From assembly GCA_964364045.1 (NCBI GenBank), contig CAYIKL010000001.1:24633-88632 (forward strand): a stretch of 64,000 bases of DNA, written 5' to 3'. Below the pieces are notes generated by a model that saw only the letters and a program-made list of their open reading frames with translations, was not told where the DNA came from and made no database searches. The position numbers and the translations under genes are program-made. The stretch is from an uncultured Methanosarcinales archaeon (GTDB lineage Archaea > Nanobdellota > Nanobdellia > Woesearchaeales > JAGLXL01). Below, piece after piece: positions 48,284 to 57,631 of the stretch (position 1 is the stretch's first letter; each line of letters opens with the position of its first letter).

Positions 48284-48397
48284 TGTGGGCGGCAGGGCTT
48301 TCGTTTTCAATTCGAACCTGCGTAGGCACTAAGCCAGTGGATCTTGAGTCCACCCCGTATAGTCCGCATAAGCGTTTGACCACTCCGGCACGCCCAC
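48284..48397 (-). tRNA. Candidate tRNA-Leu(CAA) with two non-canonical introns, in the D-loop and the T-arm
   Basis: The reverse complement folds as acceptor GTGGGCG/CGCCCAC, D-stem CCG..CGG, anticodon arm GTGGA-CTCAAGA-TCCAC (anticodon CAA), variable arm GGC-TTAGT-GCC and T-arm GCAGG-TTCGAAT...CCTGC. About 16 extra nt lie in the D-loop and about 13 nt (TGAAAACGAAAGC) lie between the T-loop and the T-stem 3' strand. Confidence 0.5.
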
Positions 48398-48435
48398 ATA
48401 ATCTCAAAACAGAAGTAATGGATATATAAATGTCA

Positions 48436-48891
48436 CTACATCTCTCCCAGCTTCCCTTCAATGTCGTTCAGTTCACTCTCTAACTTCTCTAAGTCATTGA
48501 GGGCGCGCGGCTTTACCTCTTTAATTTTCGAAACCTTCTCTTCTTTTTGCTGATGTATCCTCACGTGCTTCAAAAAGCCTGCAGTATCACTAAACTCCTT
48601 CCTGCACAGTTCACAAAAAGGCTTGTGCTTCGGCAGGCTCACATGCGGCCGGGCGTTTGGAAAAGATTTTTTTAACTTTCCAACAAGCGATCGCAAATCC
48701 TTCACTTCCGCATCAAGCTGGAGCATCGCCTGGAACTTTTGCTCTCTTATTTCCTTAAGCTTTTCATATCGTTGAAGAAAGCGCACTGCCTCCCTGGCGC
48801 TCTCAAGCAAATTACGCCTGACTTCAGTCGGATCGCGGACGCCAACATAGAAGACCTCTTCAGATCGTTTGCGCTTTTTCTTCTGTTTCAT
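48436..48891 (-). CDS. C2H2 zinc-finger coiled-coil protein
   Basis: CELCRKEFSDTAGFLKHVRIH is a C2H2 finger, and the protein has a K/E-rich N-terminus. Confidence 0.45.
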   Translation of the reverse strand: MKQKKKRKRSEEVFYVGVRDPTEVRRNLLESAREAVRFLQRYEKLKEIREQKFQAMLQLDAEVKDLRSLVGKLKKSFPNARPHVSLPKHKPFCELCRKEFSDTAGFLKHVRIHQQKEEKVSKIKEVKPRALNDLEKLESELNDIEGKLGEM

Positions 48892-49115
48892 AATGCGTTG
48901 GGATCAGAAAGTGTTTTATCAATAAACTCTATTTTCCGCTCAGCCTCATCAATAGTCTCTTGCCATAGCTCTAATTCAGCAGCTTCCTCTCCCCTGAGCT
49001 GGTTGATTTTCTCAAGTGTATGCTTTGCGTTTTCAATTTTCGCACGAATCATGTTCATCAGGTCAAGCGCCTCTTTGAAATCCTCTACTTTTACGAATAC
49101 CGGCATCTCATTCAT
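48888..49115 (-). CDS. Small coiled-coil protein (paralog of 49121..49507)
   Basis: Shares the motif VFVKVEDFKEALDLMNMIRAKIE with TFVKMETFQAVLADVVSVRSRLD in the neighbouring gene. Confidence 0.4.
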   Translation of the reverse strand: MNEMPVFVKVEDFKEALDLMNMIRAKIENAKHTLEKINQLRGEEAAELELWQETIDEAERKIEFIDKTLSDPNAL

Positions 49116-49120
49116 TCATA

Positions 49121-49507
49121 TCACCCTCTTTTGAACAGAACATTATCAATATAGTTCAGCTTCTCATGAATCACTTTAATGTCAGACTGCCACGATTTCA
49201 GCAGATTATTCTGCTCTTCATGAACCTCTTCCAATCGCATAACCACTCTTCCAGATTTATCGAGCCGTGAGCGCACACTGACAACGTCGGCCAGCACAGC
49301 TTGAAACGTCTCCATTTTCACGAAGGTTGACATTTGATTGGACTCAGAAAATTCAGGCTCTGAAGATGGAAGCTCCAAATCATCGATGAAATGCTCCGGC
49401 TCCTCAAGTTTATCTTCTATCTCCGGCAGGCTTGGAAACGTCGGCATTTCGTGTGGTGCTGGCGGAACCACCAGTGGCCTTTTTTTTCTTGTAAACAGTC
49501 CTGACAT
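49121..49507 (-). CDS. Coiled-coil protein (paralog of 48888..49115)
   Basis: Acidic N-terminus followed by a shared helical core. Confidence 0.4.
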   Translation of the reverse strand: MSGLFTRKKRPLVVPPAPHEMPTFPSLPEIEDKLEEPEHFIDDLELPSSEPEFSESNQMSTFVKMETFQAVLADVVSVRSRLDKSGRVVMRLEEVHEEQNNLLKSWQSDIKVIHEKLNYIDNVLFKRG

Positions 49508-49610
49508 ATAACCCCTCTTGAGTTAACACGCAAGAGTATTATTAAACGTTTTGTGAGTATTTGTAAGTGGTATTAGTAATAAGGGAACATTTTTATGTTT
49601 TTTACCTATT

Positions 49611-51725
49611 ATGCTGCAAATGAAGCTTGCTCTTCTTTCCCTCATCCTTATTCTTGTTCCGATGGCTGATGGCCTTGTCATCAACGAACTAATGTATAAC
49701 CCTGCGCAATGTGGTGATTCAGATTGCGAGTGGATTGAATTATATAACAGCAACAACCAAACAATCAACTTGACGGGCTGGACACTCGACGGCAGCTCTT
49801 TAAACGGTATTGAGATTGGCGCACACTCGTACATCATCTTAGCAACCGAGCTGATTGACGGCGATGACGCTGATAACGAAAGCTTTGAAGCGCACTGGGG
49901 GAACAACGACGGCGTTTTTAACGAGTCCGATGGAAATTTCAGCGCCTACCACATTTCCTTCTCTCTCAAAAATTCCAACGACGTTATTCTTCTGACTAAT
50001 GGCTCGCATGGTGATATACTTGAATACAGCTCGAGCTGGGGTGCCAATGGCAACAATTACACGCTTGAAAGAATAAATGCAACAGCAGATAACGATAAAG
50101 ACAACTGGGGCACTAGTCTCATCATAGGCGGCACGCCGGGACGACAAAACAGCTTGCATGGAACGAGCAATACGTACAACATTCACATCAGCGAATTTCT
50201 TCCAAATCCTCATGGCGATGATAACGCACCCATGCCTCAGGGTGAATGGCTCGAGCTCTCCAACGCTGGTGAAGCCACCGACCTGAAATGGGCTTTTTTC
50301 AAAGACAAAGAAGGGCACACTCTGTACATCACCGACACAACCGGCGGCACAACCCTCTCCCTAAATGGGTTCCTGACCGTTTATGTCAACGGACTTTCTG
50401 GTTTTCTCAACAATGGAGTAGAAGAGATTTTTTTTTATTCAAAAGAAGGAAAACTTATTGACAGCGTGAGTTATGCTATAGCCGACGAAGGCAGCTCCTG
50501 GGCAAAAGTTGATGGAAACTGGCAGCAGACAATGCCGACGCCAGGAAAAGAAAACGCAGATTTCAGTGGTGTAAAGAATTCAAAATTTACGATTGACGCT
50601 GTTCAGGATTTAGGCTCAAACAAGGCCGCAGAGTTTGGACAGACCATACGTGTCAATGTTATTGGCTATAAGGGCGATGATACCAAAAGCGTCCTGCGGA
50701 TGTTTGTCTCCGACGGAAATGACAAGATCAGTAAAGAGTCAAAGATCACCATTTCAACCAAGTATACACCATTTGAGCTTGCGGTTCCCATCCAGCTTGT
50801 CCCAAATTGTAATGGGAATTTTGAAGATAAAGAATACATGATTCACATCGGCTGGGCAAGCGAAGACACATTTTTCGACACGCATCCTGTAAAAGTCAGC
50901 GGAATGACTCAGAGTTTATGTGAGAAAGTAGGTAGTGCAAAATCCACCTCGAAAGGCACTTTGAGTTATGATTTGCTGCTCGCCGGCGAGACCGTTCACT
51001 CGGGAGAGCAATTCACGGTCACTGCTGATGTTCGTGGCGATGAAACCAAACACGACATTGCTGTCTGGGCGTATGTCTACCGCGGCTCAAAGACCTATTC
51101 GGGCGAGCAGGAAGCAAACAAGGTAAAATTCCTGCTCCAGCCGCATGAATCAAAAAAAGTTTACCTTCCAATAAGTTTAGGCAACGAAATCGATGACGGT
51201 ACATACAAGCTCAAGCTGAAGCTGAACAAGGATAACCAAAAGACCGACAAGGAGATTACCCGAGACATCACCATCATCAAAGGCCATGGAGAGATTCTGC
51301 GATTTGAGTATGAAACAGATCAAATTACGGTGGAGGCAAAGAATGCACACGCAGTTGACCTAGTCTCCTTTTTTGGCGAGCAGCGGAAGACTATCAACAA
51401 CACAGCGCTGTTCAATGTCTCGCTCATCGAGGGAAAAAACATATTCTTTGCGAAACTTGTTGATGAACAAGAAGACATCACTGATGTCGCACAGCTTAAT
51501 TTGCTGAAAGAAGGCAGCACCATCCGCGAAGTAGCCAATGTAGAACTCAGCGATGAAGGGGAAGAGCTGCTGCGGCAGAAGCTGCGTTCTTTGCGTGATG
51601 TCCAGCAGAAGCGCGGAAGGGTGGTGTATGAGTCCAGCTCAATGAAAGTCCGTGAGTTTCTGCCATGGATGTTTATTGGTGCGCTGCTGCTTCTTATTGT
51701 TGCGCTGGTTTTGAAGAGGGTATAG
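49611..51725 (+). CDS. Surface protein with two lamin-tail (LTD) domains and a C-terminal TM anchor
   Basis: Signal peptide; LTD signature VINELMYNP...DCEWIELYN...INLTGWTL, repeated as IHISEFLPNPHGDD...GEWLELSN. The C-terminal anchor is FLPWMFIGALLLLIVALVLKRV. Confidence 0.65.
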   Translation: MLQMKLALLSLILILVPMADGLVINELMYNPAQCGDSDCEWIELYNSNNQTINLTGWTLDGSSLNGIEIGAHSYIILATELIDGDDADNESFEAHWGNNDGVFNESDGNFSAYHISFSLKNSNDVILLTNGSHGDILEYSSSWGANGNNYTLERINATADNDKDNWGTSLIIGGTPGRQNSLHGTSNTYNIHISEFLPNPHGDDNAPMPQGEWLELSNAGEATDLKWAFFKDKEGHTLYITDTTGGTTLSLNGFLTVYVNGLSGFLNNGVEEIFFYSKEGKLIDSVSYAIADEGSSWAKVDGNWQQTMPTPGKENADFSGVKNSKFTIDAVQDLGSNKAAEFGQTIRVNVIGYKGDDTKSVLRMFVSDGNDKISKESKITISTKYTPFELAVPIQLVPNCNGNFEDKEYMIHIGWASEDTFFDTHPVKVSGMTQSLCEKVGSAKSTSKGTLSYDLLLAGETVHSGEQFTVTADVRGDETKHDIAVWAYVYRGSKTYSGEQEANKVKFLLQPHESKKVYLPISLGNEIDDGTYKLKLKLNKDNQKTDKEITRDITIIKGHGEILRFEYETDQITVEAKNAHAVDLVSFFGEQRKTINNTALFNVSLIEGKNIFFAKLVDEQEDITDVAQLNLLKEGSTIREVANVELSDEGEELLRQKLRSLRDVQQKRGRVVYESSSMKVREFLPWMFIGALLLLIVALVLKRV

Positions 51726-51751
51726 GTGTGTATAACAACATTTAAAAACCC

Positions 51752-52408
51752 ATGAAACCGCCCAAGCTCATGGAAGGCACGATGGTCAACGAAAAGCAGC
51801 TGCTTGCCGACGGCTGGCTGAAATGCGGCGTTATGATCGAGCTGGCAGGCAAGCCGAAAGAGCACATAGAGAAGACAATACAAGAATATGTCGAACATAT
51901 ACGGGCAGAAAACCATCTGCATCTGGTCAGTGAAGAGGTTGCGGAAACCAAAAAAAAAGAGATCGGCGCTGAGGATGAAGACATGATGAAAGACCTCTGG
52001 ACTACATTTGCCGAGCTTGAGTTCTGGGTGAAAGAGCCTATCCAGCTCACCCATTTCTGCCTGAATTATATGCCTTCATCGGTAGAAATTATCGAGCCCG
52101 AAGAGCTGCGTTTGAGAAGCCGCGATATCACCAAATTTTTCAATGACTTGCAGGGCAGATTGCACCAAATCGATATGGTCGCAAAACAAAGCAAGAGCGA
52201 GATCCTGTTCCTGCGGAAAGCAGTCAATACATTGTTGAAAAACTACGTGATGCTGTTATTGAGAAAACAGGAATTGACAGCTGAACAGTTGAGCAAGTTC
52301 ACCGGCGTTGACCGGGCACGAATTGAAGATTTTTTGGACACATTAATCGATAAAGGCGAGATCGAGATGAACGACGAGTTGTATCGGGTGAACAAAAATG
52401 AGGTCTGA
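51752..52408 (+). CDS. Hypothetical protein, possible kleisin-like partner of ScpB
   Basis: It overlaps scpB by 11 nt. It has a C-terminal helical/WH-like segment but lacks the canonical ScpA N-motif. Confidence 0.3.
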   Translation: MKPPKLMEGTMVNEKQLLADGWLKCGVMIELAGKPKEHIEKTIQEYVEHIRAENHLHLVSEEVAETKKKEIGAEDEDMMKDLWTTFAELEFWVKEPIQLTHFCLNYMPSSVEIIEPEELRLRSRDITKFFNDLQGRLHQIDMVAKQSKSEILFLRKAVNTLLKNYVMLLLRKQELTAEQLSKFTGVDRARIEDFLDTLIDKGEIEMNDELYRVNKNEV

Positions 52409-53057
52409 AGAGCATCGGAAAGTGGAAGCAGTGTTGTTTGCGGTGGGGAGGGATATCGCGGTTGAAGAAGTTGCACATCACTGCTCATTGGAGCATCAGC
52501 GCGTTCAGGATGTTTTACAAGAGCTGAAGAAAGAATATCAGCACAATGAAAGCTCCCTGGTGCTGCATGAGAAAGGCAAGTTCTGGAAATTCTCCGTCAA
52601 AGATGCCTATCTGCCGCTGGTGACCAGTCTCGTCGAACGCACTGATTTGGACAAAAGCGTGATGGAAACGCTTGCAGTCATCGCCTGGAAATATCCTATC
52701 GTGCAATCCGACCTGATAAAGATACGGCACAACAAGGCGTATGACCATCTGAAGATGCTGCAGGATCGTGAGTTTATTACAAAAGAAAAGTTCGGGCGCA
52801 CCTACAAAATCAGAATGACACCAAAGTTCTTTGATTACTTTGACCTGCCGACACAGGACGCAAAAGCTGCTTTTAGAAAAGTGTTCTCGCCAGAGGTTCA
52901 GGAGCAGGTAGAGCGCGCTGAGCAGGAGATCGAGTTGAAGGAGAAGGAGATTGAGAAGAAAGACCAAGAGAAGCAAGAACCAAAAGTGGAGAAGAGCGAA
53001 GAGCAGCTTGCAAAAGAAACAGCCGATATGATTGATGACGAAGATATGCCGCTCTAG
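52398..53057 (+). CDS. scpB: Segregation and condensation protein B-like (tandem WH)
   Basis: VEAVLFAVGRDIAVEEVA...GRTYKIRMTPKFFDYFDL resembles the ScpB signature IEAILF...GRPxLYxTTxxFLxxFGL. It has an acidic C-terminal tail. Confidence 0.6.
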   Translation: MRSEEHRKVEAVLFAVGRDIAVEEVAHHCSLEHQRVQDVLQELKKEYQHNESSLVLHEKGKFWKFSVKDAYLPLVTSLVERTDLDKSVMETLAVIAWKYPIVQSDLIKIRHNKAYDHLKMLQDREFITKEKFGRTYKIRMTPKFFDYFDLPTQDAKAAFRKVFSPEVQEQVERAEQEIELKEKEIEKKDQEKQEPKVEKSEEQLAKETADMIDDEDMPL

Positions 53058-53160
53058 GGCTCTTTCACCACAACGCTTATATACCCTCAAAGATTCAACT
53101 TTCTCGTCGATAAAGTCCTCTTTTTGAGGCTCAAAAATAAGCCTGAAAATAAGTCCGACT

Positions 53161-55596
53161 ATGGAACAAAACCCGAGGATAATCCCTCGCATCATTGAGC
53201 AGGAAATGAAGCAGGCATATGTAGACTATGCCATGTCTGTCATTGTCGGCAGAGCATTACCAGATGCGAGAGATGGCCTCAAGCCTGTCCATCGAAGAAT
53301 TCTCTTTGCCATGAATGAGATGGGCATGACCCATGACAAGCCCTTCAAAAAGTGCGCTCGTATTGTGGGAGAAGTGTTGGGTAAATTTCACCCCCACGGC
53401 GACACCGCGGTATATGAAACACTAGTAAGAATGGCACAGGATTTTAGTATGCGCCATGTGCTGATTCAAGGACAGGGCAATTTTGGCAGCGTTGATGGCG
53501 ATGCAGCCGCAGCGATGCGATATACAGAGGCAAGATTGCACGAGTTTGCAGAGTACATGCTTGCCGACATTGACAAAGAAACCGTTGATTTCAAGCCCAA
53601 TTTCGATGAGAGCTTGAATGAGCCTGTAGTACTGCCCAGCAAAATACCAAACTTACTCATCAATGGAAGTACGGGCATTGCTGTCGGCATGGCCACCAAT
53701 ATTCCCCCACACAATCTTCGTGAAGTCTGTGACGCAGTAACTCTAGTTATCAACAATCCCGAAGTTGATGCAAATGAGCTCATCGAAGTTGTGCCTGGCC
53801 CGGACTTTCCCACCGGTGCGACGATTGTGGGCAAAAAAGGGATTGAATATGCCTATAAGACAGGAAAAGGAAAAGTAACCATACGCTCCGTTGCTGAAGT
53901 GCAGGAGGGCAGAATTATAGTCACCGAGATTCCATATATGGTGAACAAGTCACAGATGATTGAGGAGATCGCAGACAGCGTGCGCGCAAAGCGTATTGAG
54001 GGGATAAGGAACATCCGCGATGAAAGTGACAGGGACGGCATAAGAATTGTGTTTGAGCTGAAAAGCGGCGCAGACGGACAAGTCGTGCTCAATCAATTGT
54101 ATCAATATTCTCGATTAAAGACAACCTTTGGCATTATCTTTCTTGCATTGGTCGATAATCAGCCAAAACTATTGACATTAAAAGATGCGCTGCAGGAATT
54201 TGTCAATCACCGGCGTGAAGTGGTGCGCAGAAGAACCCAGTTTGATTTAACAACAGCGCAGGAGCGTGCCCATGTGCTTGAAGGGATGATTGTCGCGCTC
54301 AACAATGTCGATGATGTTGTCGCTGGCATCAGGCGCAGCAGGACAGTAGATGATGCACGCCAGTTCTTGCTTGCAACCTATCAATTGACTGAGCTGCAGG
54401 CAAAAGCAATCCTCGAGATGCGCTTGCAGAAGTTAGCCAGCTTAGAGCAGCAGCAGATTCGTGACGAGCACAAAGGGCTTCTTGAGACCATTTCTGAGCT
54501 GCAGAGTATTCTTGCATCTGAGCAGAAAATTTTAGAGGTCATCAAAAAAGAGATACAGGAAATAAAAGAAAAGTTTGGCGATGAGAGGAAGACAAAGATT
54601 GTTGAGGGCGAGGAGGATGATGTTGAGATAGAAGAGCTGATCGAGGAAAAAGATATGGTTGTCACGGTAACCCACTCGGGCTATATCAAACGCATTCCTC
54701 TGGACACCTATCGGCAGCAGCGTCGGGGTGGGCGAGGTGTTACCGCAGCCGGCACGAAAGAAGAAGACTGGGTTGAAGATTTGTTTATTGCAAGCACGCA
54801 TAACTATATCCTGTTCTTCACCAATGAAGGGCAGTTGCACTGGCTCAAGGTGTATGAAGTTCCTGAAGGCGGCAGGACAGCAAAAGGCCGCCCACTCGTC
54901 AATATGCTTTCCCTGTTGCCCGGAGAGAAGGTGAGCGCGTTTGTTCCAGTGCGCGATTTTGAGACGGGAAAATACATCTTCATGGCGACAAAAAACGGAA
55001 CCGTGAAAAAAACGCCGCTTGAATACTTCAGCAGGCCGCGGCGGGGTGGCATCAGAGCTATAACACTAGCCATTGGCGACGAGCTGATTGGCGTGAAGCG
55101 CACCAATGGCAGCAAGCAGATTATGCTGGCAACACGCTATGGCCGGGCAGTGCGGTTTGATGAGAACGATGTGCGCGCGATGGGCAGGACAGCTGGTGGT
55201 GTGAGAGGCATCCGGTTGCGGAAAGATGATGCCGTTGTCGGAATGGAAGTTGCCGATGAAAGTAAAGCATTGCTCACCGTAACCAATAAAGGTTATGGCA
55301 AGCGCACTGCAGTAAATGAATATCGGCTGATCTCGCGCGGTGGAAAAGGAGTGACCAACATTAATCTGACTGAGAAGAATGGTCTGGTTGTTGGCGTGAA
55401 AGCGGTGAAAGACGAGGATGAAGTGATGTTCATTTCTAAGAATGGCATTGCGATACGGACACCGATAAGCGGCATTTCTGTTATCGGTCGTGCAACCCAA
55501 GGTGTTCGTGTGATGCGCTTGGAAGAAGGCGATGAGCTCGTTGCGGTTGAGACGATTGTTTCAGAGGAGTTAAGCACTGTGAATGGCAACGCATAA
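53161..55596 (+). CDS. gyrA: DNA gyrase subunit A
   Basis: AMSVIVGRALPDARDGLKPVHRRILFAMNE...HPHGDTAVYETLVRMAQDFSMR includes the active-site Tyr region, and C-terminal beta-pinwheel repeats follow. No gyrB is adjacent. Confidence 0.9.
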   Translation: MEQNPRIIPRIIEQEMKQAYVDYAMSVIVGRALPDARDGLKPVHRRILFAMNEMGMTHDKPFKKCARIVGEVLGKFHPHGDTAVYETLVRMAQDFSMRHVLIQGQGNFGSVDGDAAAAMRYTEARLHEFAEYMLADIDKETVDFKPNFDESLNEPVVLPSKIPNLLINGSTGIAVGMATNIPPHNLREVCDAVTLVINNPEVDANELIEVVPGPDFPTGATIVGKKGIEYAYKTGKGKVTIRSVAEVQEGRIIVTEIPYMVNKSQMIEEIADSVRAKRIEGIRNIRDESDRDGIRIVFELKSGADGQVVLNQLYQYSRLKTTFGIIFLALVDNQPKLLTLKDALQEFVNHRREVVRRRTQFDLTTAQERAHVLEGMIVALNNVDDVVAGIRRSRTVDDARQFLLATYQLTELQAKAILEMRLQKLASLEQQQIRDEHKGLLETISELQSILASEQKILEVIKKEIQEIKEKFGDERKTKIVEGEEDDVEIEELIEEKDMVVTVTHSGYIKRIPLDTYRQQRRGGRGVTAAGTKEEDWVEDLFIASTHNYILFFTNEGQLHWLKVYEVPEGGRTAKGRPLVNMLSLLPGEKVSAFVPVRDFETGKYIFMATKNGTVKKTPLEYFSRPRRGGIRAITLAIGDELIGVKRTNGSKQIMLATRYGRAVRFDENDVRAMGRTAGGVRGIRLRKDDAVVGMEVADESKALLTVTNKGYGKRTAVNEYRLISRGGKGVTNINLTEKNGLVVGVKAVKDEDEVMFISKNGIAIRTPISGISVIGRATQGVRVMRLEEGDELVAVETIVSEELSTVNGNA

Positions 55597-56656
55597 AGGG
55601 TTTGTTGTAAGCGAGCATGGTCTGGAAGACATTTCTCTGCGTGAAATTAATGAACTGATTGGTGTGAAAGGAAAAAAAGTGGAAGGCGGCGTTGTGTTTG
55701 ACGCTTCTCATGATGATTTAGCGTTGTTGTGCTACAAAGCGCAGAGCATAAAAAGAGTCTTGTTGTTATTGACTGACTTTATGTTTACTGATTTTTTTAA
55801 AGACAGCACAATCGATAAAAATCAACTCTTAAAACTCATCAAAGATAAAAAAATAGGCATTGAAGGAGCACGGATTGGCCAGCATTCATTTAACCGGATA
55901 GATGCTGCACAGCATATTGCAAAATTGCTCGGAAAAAAGATTGACTACGACGCTCCCGATGTGATGTTTTTTGTGTATATTGTCCACAATCACTGTTACA
56001 TTGGCATTGACCTTGCCGGGTTTGACTTAAGCAAGCGTGAATATAAAGTATTCAGCCATGCGGCCAGTTTGAAAGGCACGGTTGCGTATACCGCATTGCA
56101 ATTAGCAGGATATGATGCAAAGAAAAAGATGTTGAGCTGTTTCAGCAAAAGCGGCGTGTTTGAGATTGAGGCTGCACTATCCTCCTCAGGTAAAGCGGTT
56201 AATTTTTATCGGAAAGAGAAGTTCGCATTTCTGAAGCTTGAAGAGTTTAATAACAAATCACTTGAGAAATTAGATAAAAAAATCAAAGAAAAGCTCGACA
56301 TCACCGGTGTAAATAACGACTTGCGGCATGTAACCTCAGGACAGAAAAACGCCAAGATCGCTGGCGTAGAAAAGCTGATTCATTTCTCTCGCATGGATGT
56401 TGACTGGCTCGATGTGAAATACAAGGAGGGCGAGATCGATCTTCTTGTCGCCCAGCCCGTGGCGAGCGAAATTGCAAAGATGAAAGAGTTCTTCCATCAG
56501 GCGCAATACATCCTCAAAGGGAAAGTGCTTGTGGTTTCGTTTGGCAATGGATTCAAGGAGCTGGCCGAGAAGCACGGGTTTAAGTCAATAGAAGAGCGCG
56601 TGCTGAAGCGCGGCGAGAGTACTGCAAGGATTGAAGTGTTTGTGAAGAAAGCATAA
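55583..56656 (+). CDS. THUMP-domain RNA methyltransferase-like protein (Trm14/RlmL-like) with degenerate SAM and catalytic motifs
   Basis: The THUMP-linker-MTase arrangement reads ...FSHAASLKGTVAYTALQLAGYDAKKKMLSCFSKSGVFEIEAAL. Motif I DPxCGSGT is replaced by SCFSKSGV, and motif IV NPPY is replaced by AQPV. Confidence 0.5.
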   Translation: MATHKGFVVSEHGLEDISLREINELIGVKGKKVEGGVVFDASHDDLALLCYKAQSIKRVLLLLTDFMFTDFFKDSTIDKNQLLKLIKDKKIGIEGARIGQHSFNRIDAAQHIAKLLGKKIDYDAPDVMFFVYIVHNHCYIGIDLAGFDLSKREYKVFSHAASLKGTVAYTALQLAGYDAKKKMLSCFSKSGVFEIEAALSSSGKAVNFYRKEKFAFLKLEEFNNKSLEKLDKKIKEKLDITGVNNDLRHVTSGQKNAKIAGVEKLIHFSRMDVDWLDVKYKEGEIDLLVAQPVASEIAKMKEFFHQAQYILKGKVLVVSFGNGFKELAEKHGFKSIEERVLKRGESTARIEVFVKKA

Positions 56657-56689
56657 CATTTTTATATTGAGCATTAAAAACAACCTGTT

Positions 56690-57235
56690 ATGGTCCACTC
56701 GATGTATGACCTGAGGAATGCACCAAAAATAGCCATCTTCGGTTCTGATGGGGATCACTGCACCTCAAGTGCTGAGAATGTCGCATATGCAACTGGGCTG
56801 CTTCTTGCACAGCAGGGCGCCATAGTTTACACGGGCGGTGGTAATGGTGTCATGGCCGCCGCTTGTCAAGGTGTTCGTGATGGTGAAGGTATAACAATAA
56901 GTATCACGCCATGGGATGGCAAAGAATCAGAACGAAGAGGTAATCCTCATTCAACGATTGTGATACCAACGGGCATGGGCTATGCACGCTGCCAGATATT
57001 AGTCAATTCTGTTGAGGGAGCAATTGCCATTGGTGGTGTGGGAACACTACAGGAAGTTGCTTCGATGTATCTGGATCAAAAGCCAGTTGTTTCAATTGTA
57101 CCCAGTGGTGGTATAGCTGCGGAAGTCGCAGGGAAAGTGCTTGACGGTCGAAACCTTGATCAAATTCTTAGTGCAGAAACTCCAGAAGAGGCGGTGAGGC
57201 TTGTCCTTGAGAAAGTACGCGCAAAAAGGTCGTAG
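56690..57235 (+). CDS. LOG/TIGR00725-family Rossmann-fold protein
   Basis: IAIFGSDGD...VYTGGGNGVMAAACQGVRDGEG...VIPTGMGYARCQILVNSVEGAIAIGGVGTLQE is the LOG-family pattern. Confidence 0.6.
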   Translation: MVHSMYDLRNAPKIAIFGSDGDHCTSSAENVAYATGLLLAQQGAIVYTGGGNGVMAAACQGVRDGEGITISITPWDGKESERRGNPHSTIVIPTGMGYARCQILVNSVEGAIAIGGVGTLQEVASMYLDQKPVVSIVPSGGIAAEVAGKVLDGRNLDQILSAETPEEAVRLVLEKVRAKRS

Positions 57236-57261
57236 TAAAACAATTATAGAGCATTCCACCA

Positions 57262-57278
57262 ACAAAACCTTTATAAAC
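57262..57278 (+). promoter_or_regulatory. BRE/TATA element AAAACCTTTATAAACTC about 25 nt upstream of the RNase P RNA 5' end
   Basis: The spacing matches archaeal -26 TATA placement. Confidence 0.5.
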
Positions 57279-57297
57279 TCCCTTCTCAAAACAGACA

Positions 57298-57623
57298 GAG
57301 GATGGTGCGGGACTACGGCGTAAGCCGAGGAAAGTCCGCCCACTCGATGCACGCGATGCCTTCAACGGCAGAACGTGCGGGAAAGAGCCACTTTCGGAAG
57401 AAAGCTTGGGAAACCGAGGTCAATGGATCAGAAACGACACGGCCTGGTCAGAGGATGACGCGCGCGAAGTTTCCGGCGACGGAAATGAGCTAACCCGCTG
57501 ACGTTTTTCCAGGAAACGATGAAACGGCGAACACTGGCTTGTGCAAGCCAATATGGCGCTCAGTAGAATGTCCCGAAACGCTGTTCGAAAGAAGCGTAAC
57601 AGAAGGCGGCTTACACCATCCTC
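57298..57623 (+). ncRNA. rnpB: RNase P RNA (archaeal type A-like)
   Basis: A P4 5' strand CGAGGAAAGTCCGCC, the CR-IV/V-like ACAGAAGGCGGCTTAC and GTGCGGGAAAGAGCCAC are present. The terminal P1 pairing is GAGGATGGTG...CACCATCCTC. A TATA box (TTTATAAA, 57270-57277) lies about 25 nt upstream. Confidence 0.8.
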
Positions 57624-57631
57624 ATTTTAAC

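Noticed and set aside
48087-48461. ORFs on both strands (124 aa minus, 60 aa plus) in the fbp-downstream spacer
   Set aside because: The region folds into a tRNA-Leu(CAA) cloverleaf with two introns, and the ORF products have no protein-like features.
51320-52054. 244-aa minus-strand ORF spanning the end of the LTD gene and the next gene
   Set aside because: It crosses two well-supported + strand genes and has a low-complexity composition.
57539-57631. N-terminal 31 codons of the ORF-track version of the Sec61beta gene
   Set aside because: They overlap the 3' third of the RNase P RNA. The conserved Sec-beta N-terminus (MARDD...) begins at the internal ATG at 57632.
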